This document shows positions 11,299 to 21,449 of a stretch of DNA of 64,000 nucleotides, piece after piece. The position numbers and the translations under genes were made by a program. This DNA comes from Craspedostauros australis (Eukaryota): assembly GCA_030167865.1 (NCBI GenBank), contig JALAGF010001278.1, positions 1-64,000 on the forward strand. The letters are read 5' to 3'. Every line of letters begins with the position of its first letter. Within the stretch, counting starts at the first letter, position 1. The notes below the pieces were generated by a model. It saw nothing but the letters and a program-made list of their open reading frames with translations. It was not told the origin of the DNA and did no database searches.

Positions 11299-11690
11299 TC
11301 TATGCGTGCGGTACCACTTGTAGGAGTAGTGGTGGTATATAGCAGCAATATATGGTCTGTAGCACGATACGAGTACAACCCGTATGCAATAGATTATTAT
11401 AGCACAATAGAGCAGTGCGAGTATAGTGCGCTAGGTGGTGCTATCATGGATGATCTATATTGGCAGTGTAGTGTGTCGTTGGTCGTGTGGCATTTGGAGT
11501 GTAGGCCGTACTACATAGAATGGGTACTAATGTGCTGGGTATGCTACTCGTAGGTGCACTCCAGACGTGTGATGGTGCAACAGGATTGAGGAGAGGGAAG
11601 CAGAGCGGAGGATGGGGCTGAACCCAGATGGATAGACTCCTCCCTAGAGTAGTCATACTCGTAGTACCATAGATGCGAGGTCCGCATCAT

Positions 11691-12341
11691 CTACAGCACC
11701 GCGGATCCATCGGGTATCGCCTCGTAGCCCTTGTCGTCATTGCGGCGCGCCACGCCCTGCCGGACCTTGGTGGCCACGAAGAGCATGGTGGAGAGCACGA
11801 GGAAGAGGCGGAACACGATCGTGTTGGCATTCGTGGGCGGCTCGCGATGCTGCTGCTCGGGCGCGCTGCTGTCGCCCGTGTGCACGGTGGACGACGATCG
11901 CGCCGTGGAGGGCCCGTAGGCCTCCTCCGGGGTGATGTAGATCTCGGACGCGTTGGGTTTGGGCGGATAGTATCCTTCGGGCGACGCGTCCGGCGACAGC
12001 GAGACGCCCTTTGGCGGATGGTCGTAGTTGTATTCGTACTTCTTCGCGGGGTCCACATCCTCGTCGGCGTCGCTGTCTTCGGCGTCCGCATCGGCGTCTT
12101 CGTTTGTCGTCGTGGTCGTCGTCGACGTGGCCGTACTGGACTCCTTCACGGGCGCGGCCACCAGGAAGCGGGTGGTGGATGCTGGTGTGTCCGTGGACTG
12201 CCGCAGGCCGGTTGTTGCGGCAGCAGCTGCTGCGTGGGAAGTCACCATCACGCTCATCAGGATGGTCGCAGTCAGAAGCATGGCCAATTGCAGAGTGGGG
12301 CGCGCGGATGCTCGCATCGTCGGTCTTGTCGTCATCTTCAT
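11691..12341 (-). CDS. Small type I membrane protein of unknown function
   Basis: Hydrophobic signal segment, GLRQ and RFL motifs, T/D-rich ectodomain, TM helix IVFRLFLVLSTMLFVATKV and a cytosolic tail GYEAIPD (YxxPhi-like). Start ATG uncertain (12341, 12335 or later). Confidence 0.7.
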   Translation of the reverse strand: MKMTTRPTMRASARPTLQLAMLLTATILMSVMVTSHAAAAAATTGLRQSTDTPASTTRFLVAAPVKESSTATSTTTTTTNEDADADAEDSDADEDVDPAKKYEYNYDHPPKGVSLSPDASPEGYYPPKPNASEIYITPEEAYGPSTARSSSTVHTGDSSAPEQQHREPPTNANTIVFRLFLVLSTMLFVATKVRQGVARRNDDKGYEAIPDGSAVL

Positions 12342-12455
12342 TGTGTCTGTGGTGTCTGTTGCACTGTGGTACAATAGTATTGTGAGTATCGTCTTTTGAA
12401 GCGTACAAACTCTCGATATAGTGTTCTGATGGAATGGCTGCTACTCTGTGCGCTC

Positions 12456-12483
12456 CTCTGCTCTGCTCTGCTCTGCTCTGCTC
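12456..12483. repeat. (CTCTG)n pentanucleotide microsatellite
   Basis: About 5.6 perfect copies read directly. Confidence 0.9.
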
Positions 12484-14299
12484 GATAATAATATTCGATA
12501 CGATAAGGGTGAAACTGCAATGTTGTGTTGGTCTGGAATGTTGTGAGGAGGCCATCGAGGACCCTTGCGGAATCCACAACCACCAACACCAGCCACATGC
12601 TCGTATTTAGCATGCATTGTTTGCCTCCCCATTTCTTTCTTCCTCCTCCTTCTGCGCGATCTTTCTCTTCCTTTCGCGCACTCGTTCGCTTTCGTCTTCC
12701 ACACGCACGTCACCCAATCGCAGTGTTTCGTTTTTCGTGTTTTCGCCGTGCTGGATCCGAAAATGTGTAGAGAGTGGCGTCACCACACCGCGCTTCATAG
12801 TCGTTGGTTGGTGTGTTGGCATATTAGCCTTAGCGCTAGTTTCAATAAACAATTAACACAAACGATATGAATAACTTGAAATTTTGGATGGGGAGATGAG
12901 AGTTGGTGACGACAGGTTTGCGGAGGACTGCGTCGATCAAGTCACGGATAAAATCACTCCAAATCTTTCGTGCCAACTCATTCCAAACGAGGACGGGGCT
13001 GTAGGTAGGGCAAGATTACTCGCACTCTTGTGATTGTACCAGAACGTCCGGGTTGATGCAAAGGGAATTTGTCCAAACGAATGATACCGTCCGAACAAGA
13101 GCCGACGTGGCAGGAGACGGAGCCTGATTCGGATTGTTGTACCTCCGATCAATGGTTGCGCCATCATCAAATGCATCGTGTCGTCACTCCGCTTCTTCAT
13201 CGATCGAGAGGAAAGCAAGCAATTCCTCCACCTGTTCTTCTTCTATTGCTATACTCGGCAGCACTATTGCGACTGTGGATAGTATCAGCTGCAACCGAGG
13301 GACGATGAAGGAGCCAACGCCATCGAAGCGATGGATTGGCCAAGACTTCCACTCGAGATTCACTCATCTCTGACACCAGCACAGCATGTTGACGACGGCG
13401 ATGATGTCACAGGATGAGCAGACGTGGTTGTTCTTTCAAGTCAAGAATATAACGTTTATAACGTCACTGGTAGCAAGCAGCACGATGCGTTGTATTCTTA
13501 CGAGAAATACTTCGCCAAATACAAGCTATTTCTGTAGAAGGTGGGACAAAGAGCAGCACGATCCAGACGAGGTGCGCCAAGTTCGCGACATTGCTCACAA
13601 TTCTCGGCCTCCAAATCGCAGCAACAACGAGGCCATGTCACTGGACCATCCGCATTACCACAGCGGCAATGTAGCATTGGAGGAATGCCATCGTGAGTGT
13701 AACCGCGCTATCCGATACACTTTGCAGAACGGCGGTGGCATGTCGTCAACGGCACTATTCTACCGTTGTTGTTACTGTCGCTTCAGTGGCAACTGCAGGA
13801 ATGTCGCAGATTGGAGCAATCATCACCGTTGGCGCAGGCAGCAAAGGTGTCTCCACTATTTGTGCTGTGGCAAAGATCTCGTGATGCGATCTGTTGAGCT
13901 TTGTTGGTGGCTCTGTTTGCTCCTTTCTTTCGAAGAAGATCGTTTGGTGATTATTGTCGCACAAAGATACAGATGCCAGAGCGTTCTCATAAAGTAATAT
14001 AGCTGCGTGCGTGACATCATGAACAGGATCCGCACAGACTGCAACGGAATCGGGCTGAAGGTTGTGCGCAGAAACAAGCCCCGACGACCACTCACATCCG
14101 CAATGCTCGCAGAAGACAAAACAGAGTTAACCTTGCGAGTTGGCATCTGCTCAGAATCTGGCCACTCCCTTGCGCTGCACTCTTCACGACGTTGCCTTGC
14201 CAAAGAAACAACGCGATCGATCATGTGTCCAGTGCCCAGCCATAGGCCGCGACGTCGCCTGCCCCGTATACTCCGGTGTGCAGGTCGTACGCACCACCA

Positions 14300-14910
14300 A
14301 GCGAGCGAAGACAGAACGCCGCGATGGAGTTGCGGATGGGAAGGCCATTGTGAAGTTCTCTGAATTCTCCAAGATTGACGACAAGAGAGACGGGCACAAG
14401 TTCTCTCCTGCCTTTGACTATGGGGGCCTGGAATGGAAGTTGAACTTGATCTTCGGCATCAACGAGGATGAATCAGATGAAACCGCCGATGCACCTGGAG
14501 ACCACCAGTTCGGAATGGAACTCTGCCTAGACGACAAGCCATGGTTGTTGGGAGAGGACTACAACTCCGCAACGCAGCTTCCATCCCCAGCTTCTTCAAC
14601 GGCAGAACAGCCAACAATCATTTGTATCGTTTGAATGTAAACGGCGGGTGGGGGTGGCAAGAGATCGCGTCCATAGAAGACGTACTCAAGCATGCATTCG
14701 TCGACACTACCCTGACTGTGCTCGTCAGGTTTGAAGAACTCCAGCATGCACGCGGGCGCTGAACTTCTCTTGTTCGCAGATGCTCATAGCTGCTGCGTGC
14801 TGAAGGAGGATTCCAGGAAGGTGGTCAACAAGAATTTGGCAACGGTATTCCAACACGGCCTGACCACCGAGCTGGTCAAGTCGGTTGGCTTGACGAAGAT
14901 GGGCCAAACG
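14300..14910 (+). pseudogene. Frameshifted MATH-BTB (SPOP-like) remnant
   Basis: Three consecutive frames give MATH N-half (IVKFSEFSK..FSPAFDYGGLEWKLNL), MATH C-half (GWGWQEIASIEDVL..DTTLTVLVRF) and a post-BTB helix (AELLLFADAHSCCVLKE). The BTB core is missing. Confidence 0.6.
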
Positions 14911-15109
14911 ACGAGAAATGAATGTGAGAGAGTGCTCTCAACAGTACAATACATACCGCTCTGATACTCTAGTGGAACAATCCACGACCACTTGCCCCCT
15001 CTCTACGATTAGAATGGCTGAAACAGATTACATGCTCCTCCGACTTGTGAGCTGCGAGTACCATACGAGTACGCCAAGCGCGCATCCCATTCTACTCATA
15101 TTTACTCTG

Positions 15110-16801
15110 CTATTTTTTCAATGTAACCTTCAATGGGATGGGCTTGCTGCGCTGCGCCAATGTCGGTCGGTCAAAGCGTAGCTGCGACGATGTTTCCAAC
15201 GCTTCGATAGATTCCCACTGCTGCAACAAGCATGCCACCGTCATTTGCATCGTCACCACGGATAGCTTCTCCCCTGGACAGTGATGCACGCCGAGAGAGA
15301 AGCTCGCGAAGTTGCGTCGATCCTCGTACAGCTCCATCCCATCCCTCTTCGTTTCCGACGAGATATCCAATGCTTCCCCGCTCTTCCAAACCTCCCGACA
15401 TGTGCTTCTGGTATGGTGATCCATCGCTATGGTCTCGCCTTTGCGAATGATATGCCTGGTCCCCTCCAGGGGCACGTCTTGCATCATGAGCCGGATGGAG
15501 CCGATTGTATGAGACGTCACGCGCAGCGTCTCCATCGCGCTCTTGCGAAACAACGGGACAGGCGTCTGCTGCCCAGTCTGCCCCAGGACGGTGGGATCGC
15601 GCAAAATGATGCGCGCCTCCTCGTGCAGCGTTTCATGCGCAGCCACAGCGTCGCGCACGAACAGGAACATTTGTGACGCCGCGATGGACGGATTCTTATG
15701 CGCTGCAAACAGCAGACCGATCAAGTACTCGGCGACCTCGACATTGGATGCCGCCAACTTGCGTGCGTCGCGCAACCAGTATCCGGCATCGTCGTCGATC
15801 GTGTCGAGGACGGTGGCGATGCGTCGTTGCAACGCCTCTCGTTGGCGTCGCACGGGCAGGAGGAAGCACGTGAGGCCGATCCAACGTGGCAGAACCGACG
15901 ATTGCGCAATCGCCACCTCCAGGTCGTCCTCGTATCGTTGAAAGTCGCGAATGAATGAGGGCCCGGCGCGATCCACGAACGATTTGCTGATCATGAACTC
16001 TATCACGAACCGGATGGTGGCACGGCGGATCCAGGCGAAGAGAGAAGGGCAATGCAGCACGTTGGTCGTCTCACGATGGGATGCTGTCTGCTCCAATTCC
16101 GTCTGCAGAGATGCTTGCAGAATGCGCAGCATGGTGGGGAATTGGGCATGCCATTGATCTGACGGGATCATCGATGAGCGCAGGATGCGCCGTTGCAAGC
16201 CTGCCCCCAAGTGCACGTTGTGATATCCCAAGGTTTCCTCGAATCCTGCAACCGCGATGGCCTGGTAGGAGGATGCCACCGATTCCGACAGCATGGTGAT
16301 CTGACGCAGCGCTGGGCAGTTCTGCGAGACAATGACCATGCGCTTGCCCGCCAAGTTGATGCGAAAGATGGGACCGAGGTCGTCGCTGCATCGCTTGAGG
16401 AATCCGGTTGGATCATTCTTGTACACAAGGGCATGGCCCAGGATGGGGATTGCGCCTGGGGCAGATGGGATGTCAGCTACATCGTCGTCACGATCCACAG
16501 TCTTTGAACTTCTGCTGGCATTGACCAATGTCGATGTTCGTTTGAATGATGGTGAGATCTTGTCACCAAGCAGGATGAATGTCAGCACGATCACACCTGT
16601 TGCTACCAGGATGTTCGAGAAGGATGGCAAAGACAGTGACCAAAGTGAGGATGATGCTGCTTGTGCTCGTGCCTGCGCTGTAGATGTGGATGCAGACGTG
16701 GATGTGGAAGCAGTCGTTTCAGCAACCACCTGGCCGAGGAATGTAAGAGCCATCATCACGGCGACGGCCATCGTCGTTGCCATCGTCGTTGGGATTACCA
16801 T
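15110..16801 (-). CDS. Cytochrome P450 (563 aa), atypical I-helix
   Basis: N-terminal hydrophobic helices, Pro-rich hinge PSAPGAIPILGHAL, ExxR motif (METLR), heme motif FSLGVHHCPG. The I-helix reads GLLFAAHKNP. Confidence 0.92.
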   Translation of the reverse strand: MVIPTTMATTMAVAVMMALTFLGQVVAETTASTSTSASTSTAQARAQAASSSLWSLSLPSFSNILVATGVIVLTFILLGDKISPSFKRTSTLVNASRSSKTVDRDDDVADIPSAPGAIPILGHALVYKNDPTGFLKRCSDDLGPIFRINLAGKRMVIVSQNCPALRQITMLSESVASSYQAIAVAGFEETLGYHNVHLGAGLQRRILRSSMIPSDQWHAQFPTMLRILQASLQTELEQTASHRETTNVLHCPSLFAWIRRATIRFVIEFMISKSFVDRAGPSFIRDFQRYEDDLEVAIAQSSVLPRWIGLTCFLLPVRRQREALQRRIATVLDTIDDDAGYWLRDARKLAASNVEVAEYLIGLLFAAHKNPSIAASQMFLFVRDAVAAHETLHEEARIILRDPTVLGQTGQQTPVPLFRKSAMETLRVTSHTIGSIRLMMQDVPLEGTRHIIRKGETIAMDHHTRSTCREVWKSGEALDISSETKRDGMELYEDRRNFASFSLGVHHCPGEKLSVVTMQMTVACLLQQWESIEALETSSQLRFDRPTLAQRSKPIPLKVTLKK

Positions 16802-18066
16802 TATTGTTGACGTTCACTCTTGTGCGTCTGAGTGTGAACGAGTGTGCTTGTGCGTCGTCACCAAAATCACGGTCGATGAAGTTGTCTTTGGGCAACTGAT
16901 TTGTTGAGTGAGAGCGCAAGTGGCCTCCACCTGTGTCCTCCCCATTGACATGAGGACGCGGCGTTGTAAGATACAGTCCCATCGCTGCACAGACTCATTG
17001 ACCGCATCCATCAGTTGGGTTGCCGCTTGTGGTGGTGCCAGCAACGTCGACGCAGAATCATGACCAACGCAATGTTGGGCATTGGGCCAAAGGATGACGT
17101 CACAAGCAGCCTCAACGATCGTTCTGATGAACAACCTCTATGTTCGCATATATAGCGTGTTCGCCACTTTTCAACGACTCGGACAATAGTGGAGATAAGT
17201 CGTGTTCGTCAACGTCATCGAAATTGGCTGGCGACAATACAACGGACGATAATTAAGGAACGTGGATACGCACCGGACGAGCGAAATTTTATGCAGCCGC
17301 CACGAAATTACGACACCGATCTTCGGCGACGGCGATGCTCTCTGCCACACGGTGCCGGATTTGTGCCTTCAACACACAAAAAACGAAGGCACATCCCACA
17401 AACAAACAACAGCGAAACGCCACGCGACGGGACGTGATGGAACAAAATGGAGCGTTCGCTATCACGATCCATCAGGCATGAACAGAAAGGGTCGGTCACA
17501 CACCGGTGCCAATTTTGTGATGGGCATCACATTTTTTCTTCTGTTCACAGAAATTTGTCATTCTTTGCCGTTGTTTCCTCTGTTGGGTGGCGAGGGCTGC
17601 AGGCAAGGAGCCCACAAAGCTGCAAGCCGCCAACCAAAATCAGCAAACGGCCGCCAACGAAATCAAACCCAATTTGGTGGCTCTCCTCTCTTTATCGACA
17701 TCGACGATTACTATTAGAGTAATTAGTAGTACTCACAGAGCAGCAGTTGTGTCCGCAGCAGAGGAGAGTATCACCGTCGCCGTCATTGCTGAGCGTGGTG
17801 TCAGTGGTGTCTTCGCTTCGTTCCGAACCATCCTCTCCTCCAGTGTTACCGTGCGAATACACCATAGCATTGCCGTCGACACAAAGTCGTCGCGAGAAGG
17901 TGGCGCAGTCCTCTCATACATATTGGTACTACGCTCCAACGATACCATTCATCATATCACAAACATAGCACAGCGCACCTTCACAGCGCACCGACACATG
18001 TTGTGCTGGACCACACATGCATACATACTATCATAATCTACAGGGGCAAACGTTCACGAAGTAACG

Positions 18067-19536
18067 ATGTATTGGGAGACATCGAGGAAATCATCGACGA
18101 TGGTTGCATCAGCAGGGGCGACGCTGCCATCATCGTCGCTGGAAACGACGGGGCAGCATTCTTGCAGCCGACAACAACAGCAGCAGCAGCAGCAGCATCA
18201 AACGCCTGCACCGCAACCCATCACATCCATGGAGGCAAAGCGGAACCAGGCACTCATCCAACGCGTTGCTCGCAACGACCAGGCCGAGGTCGGGGTGATC
18301 TTCATCGACGAGTTCTCTGATTTTGACTTCAACACTCTGCTGGCATCGATGCGCCGCAACACCGCCATCGAGATCATCCAGATCATGAGACCATGGAGAC
18401 CCAAGCGAAGACGGAGCCTTCGCGATCTCTACCGCCTCCTGCGAGTGGCCAGAACCCTTCCCAAGCTCACCTGGTTCGAGATCTCCGGCTTTCGCGATGA
18501 CGAAGTCGATCACGTTCTGCCCAAGTTTCTTCACAACCATCCCACGTTGCAGATCGTCGAGGTGTACCTTTCTCAAGGAACGCTGTCGTCCATGATGCTC
18601 AACGAGTTGGCCACCGTCCCGCGTCTGCATCAGCTCGATCTCATCCTCTGCAAGGAGCCGTCGTCGTTGGCACCGCTTCTCCGCATCAAGACGCTCAAGC
18701 ATCTCAACATCTTTGACAGCGCCAACGACAACTTCACCCTGTCGCACGAGCTCAGCATGGAGCTGGTGTCTGCCTTCCGCAACACCGAGCGCGACACCGA
18801 GAGCAACACCGCCAACGCTACCAACAACAACACGATCACCACCGACCTCCAAACGCTCTTCCTGCTCCCAGCAATCAGCCCAACGGCATCGCAGGAACTC
18901 ATCGAGGTGCTCACGCACAACACCACCCTGCAGTCGTTACAGTTCTCCGTCCACAACCAGAAGAAGCTCAGTTCGGACTTCACCGACGATCTCTGCATGA
19001 GGACTGCCCGCCTGCTCCAATCCAACAAAACCCTCTCCAACTTTTCGATCCATGCGGGGCTGCGGGCCGGAAAGTTGGCACGCAACGCCTTGCTGCAGGC
19101 GCTGGAGTACAACTACACCATCCAGGAGCTCTTCGTCGTCAACAACGACGATCATGACGAGGACGAAGACGAGGACGGCAATGACAGCTGCAGCGACGGC
19201 TGCCGCGACCACGATGAAGACGCATCCTCCGCGTTCACAGCCGCTTCCGGCTCCACGATGCAACACGAGGCTGATCACAGCGACATGGACAGCACCGTCT
19301 ACACCACCAGCACGGACATGGAGATTGATGTGGACGATGTCGCCAACAGCAGCAACACCAACTTCCGACAGCAGCAAGAGTTCTACTTGGGGTTGAATCG
19401 CATGGGACGCGGTGATTTGCTGGGTAACGCACGTGCGACGAACGAGGACTGGGTCCATCGCATGGCGTTGCATTCTCAGGACGTCGACTGTCTGCATTAC
19501 TTCTTGCGACACAACCCATCCTTGTGCCAGATCTAG
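18067..19536 (+). CDS. RNI-like leucine-rich-repeat protein
   Basis: LxxLxL repeats (LPKLTWFEI, TLQIVEV, LHQLDLI, TLKHLNI, NTTLQSLQF, NYTIQELF), an acidic insert, and the C-terminal YLGLNRMGR...LHYFLRHNPSLC motif typical of expanded diatom LRR families. Start uncertain (18067, 18100 or later). Confidence 0.8.
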   Translation: MYWETSRKSSTMVASAGATLPSSSLETTGQHSCSRQQQQQQQQHQTPAPQPITSMEAKRNQALIQRVARNDQAEVGVIFIDEFSDFDFNTLLASMRRNTAIEIIQIMRPWRPKRRRSLRDLYRLLRVARTLPKLTWFEISGFRDDEVDHVLPKFLHNHPTLQIVEVYLSQGTLSSMMLNELATVPRLHQLDLILCKEPSSLAPLLRIKTLKHLNIFDSANDNFTLSHELSMELVSAFRNTERDTESNTANATNNNTITTDLQTLFLLPAISPTASQELIEVLTHNTTLQSLQFSVHNQKKLSSDFTDDLCMRTARLLQSNKTLSNFSIHAGLRAGKLARNALLQALEYNYTIQELFVVNNDDHDEDEDEDGNDSCSDGCRDHDEDASSAFTAASGSTMQHEADHSDMDSTVYTTSTDMEIDVDDVANSSNTNFRQQQEFYLGLNRMGRGDLLGNARATNEDWVHRMALHSQDVDCLHYFLRHNPSLCQI

Positions 19537-20654
19537 AGAGAGAGAGAAAGCACACGCGACGGAGGGCAAGGGCGATGGCACGACAGCGACAAGGCACTGC
19601 GTTTGCCAATCGCCAAGGGATAGCATACTGTTTACGTGCTCACCATGCAGACAGCACGGCCAGCAACAGAAGATACTGGCGACGACAGCAACAACCTGCA
19701 GCCAGCAACCGCATAGTCGAGGGGGAACTCGACACAGAACAACAACGAAGCAACGAAGCAAACAACAAGCGGCTGCTGTGGTTGCCGTCTTCACACAAAA
19801 GCCAAACAACGCCAGGGAAACGGGAACTGCATACTACACTCTCCACTACACTCCACATATTCATTTCAATGCCATGTGCGCATGTCGCATGGCTATCTAC
19901 TGCTACACACTCTGAACAAGACGCAACCAGCAACGCAACAACATGCAACGAGGGTGGATCTGCACCACCCACACAGCTGAACGGATGGTGATACTGATGG
20001 AGGGAATGTGCACCAACAGGAATCGATACATACGTCCACGCACACCTACATATTATACATCCCATCAGAGCACATCGCGTGAACCAGCTAAACGTGCGAA
20101 AAACTCGCACGATACCAGATAGCGACTCATATTATCGCATTATTCGATGTACTATGTATGGTTGGCCTCGTTGTTGTTGTTGTAGAACATGTGTGGCAGA
20201 AACAGAGTGAACCATGCATGCTGCATTATAGTGCTGCTCTGCCCTTTGTCTGTTGATGGGTGGAGTTGTCCTGGGGGTCTTGCGTGTGGTCCATCAAAGC
20301 GTGGCAGAATACATTCGAAGTGATGCACGTGCGATGGATTCGCCATTTTTTGCGAGTTGACGTTGGTCGAAGTCGATTCCATCGAGATGGCATTTGTACT
20401 CGTACTGCTCAACGTATGTACCACAGATCGAACAGAATGGAAAAGTGGAGCAGGGAGGGTTCGAGAGAGCAGTACCACACTATGGCTTGGCAGGAGTTCT
20501 GGATTCACCTACGTTCTCACACATCGTTGATCCTTTGCATTCTGTCACCAAAAACATGTTTCCCACTCTTCCAGAGCCGTGGCGTTGATGTATTCGCATT
20601 CTGCTTTCACTCTTATTATACTTTGACTCTCACTGTCACTTTCGCTCAAATGGT

Positions 20655-21449
20655 TCACCAACAACACGACAGCAACGACGCCTTCTCGCCCTTCCGAATG
20701 CAATCCAACTGGTTCCGACCCTTCGTCATATCCGCAACCTGCATGCTCTGCATCTGCTCATACTTGAGATCGTCTCGCGCATTCTGCAGGGATTGCTCGT
20801 AATCCCACTCGTTGAGCTCGAGATAGGCCTTGGCCTCCATGCCGCTGATCTTGCATCCGCAGGCGCGCACCAAGTTCTGAACGGCCTCCTGGCGCGTGAT
20901 GGCCTTGCGCGGTGCCGCGACGTTGTCCTTCATGTGGTGATTCTTGGAGTTGAGGGGGATCTTGAGCGGCACCGGCGCCAGCTTCAAGTTGCTGCCGCTG
21001 AAGCAGTTGGCGCGGCGCAGTTCTGTGGACGTGACCTTGTATCGCAGGCAGATGCCTTGGAAGGTGTCCTTGTCTTCGTCAACGTGATACTCGATGTGCT
21101 GCCGCGCTGCAGCATCGTTCTTGGAGGACGAGAGGAAGGCCTTGGCGCCTTCCTTGTCCAGCTCTTCCACCATGACCGCCTTTGCGTACTGCGCATTGTC
21201 ATCCTCGCTCTCATCGCTCTTGCCATCAGTATTGGTGTCCGCACCAGCCGCACCAGTCGCATCATCATCATCATCATCATTCTCCACAACGACGGCCTCT
21301 GCGATTGCGTGGCTGTTGATCGGGATGAGGGACCACTCCTTCGTGGCTTCATCCTGCGTCCACATCATGCCCGCAGGTGTCCCCAACGGGCGATGCACCG
21401 CACTGTAGCTTGTGGCTGGACCGCGGTGCTGATCCACGGTCTGCCGTTT
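20655..21449 (-). CDS. LysM-domain protein with C-terminal UBA-like helices (3' exon; 5' end uncertain)
   Basis: LysM motif YHVDEDKDTFQGICLRYKVTSTELRRANCF...LKIP, then EAKAYLELNEWDYEQSL (UBA-like). An in-frame TAG at 21452-21450 doubles as a possible acceptor. First in-exon ATG at 21368. A candidate upstream exon starts at 21940. Confidence 0.8.
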   Translation of the reverse strand, partial: KRQTVDQHRGPATSYSAVHRPLGTPAGMMWTQDEATKEWSLIPINSHAIAEAVVVENDDDDDDATGAAGADTNTDGKSDESEDDNAQYAKAVMVEELDKEGAKAFLSSSKNDAAARQHIEYHVDEDKDTFQGICLRYKVTSTELRRANCFSGSNLKLAPVPLKIPLNSKNHHMKDNVAAPRKAITRQEAVQNLVRACGCKISGMEAKAYLELNEWDYEQSLQNARDDLKYEQMQSMQVADMTKGRNQLDCIRKGEKASLLSCCW

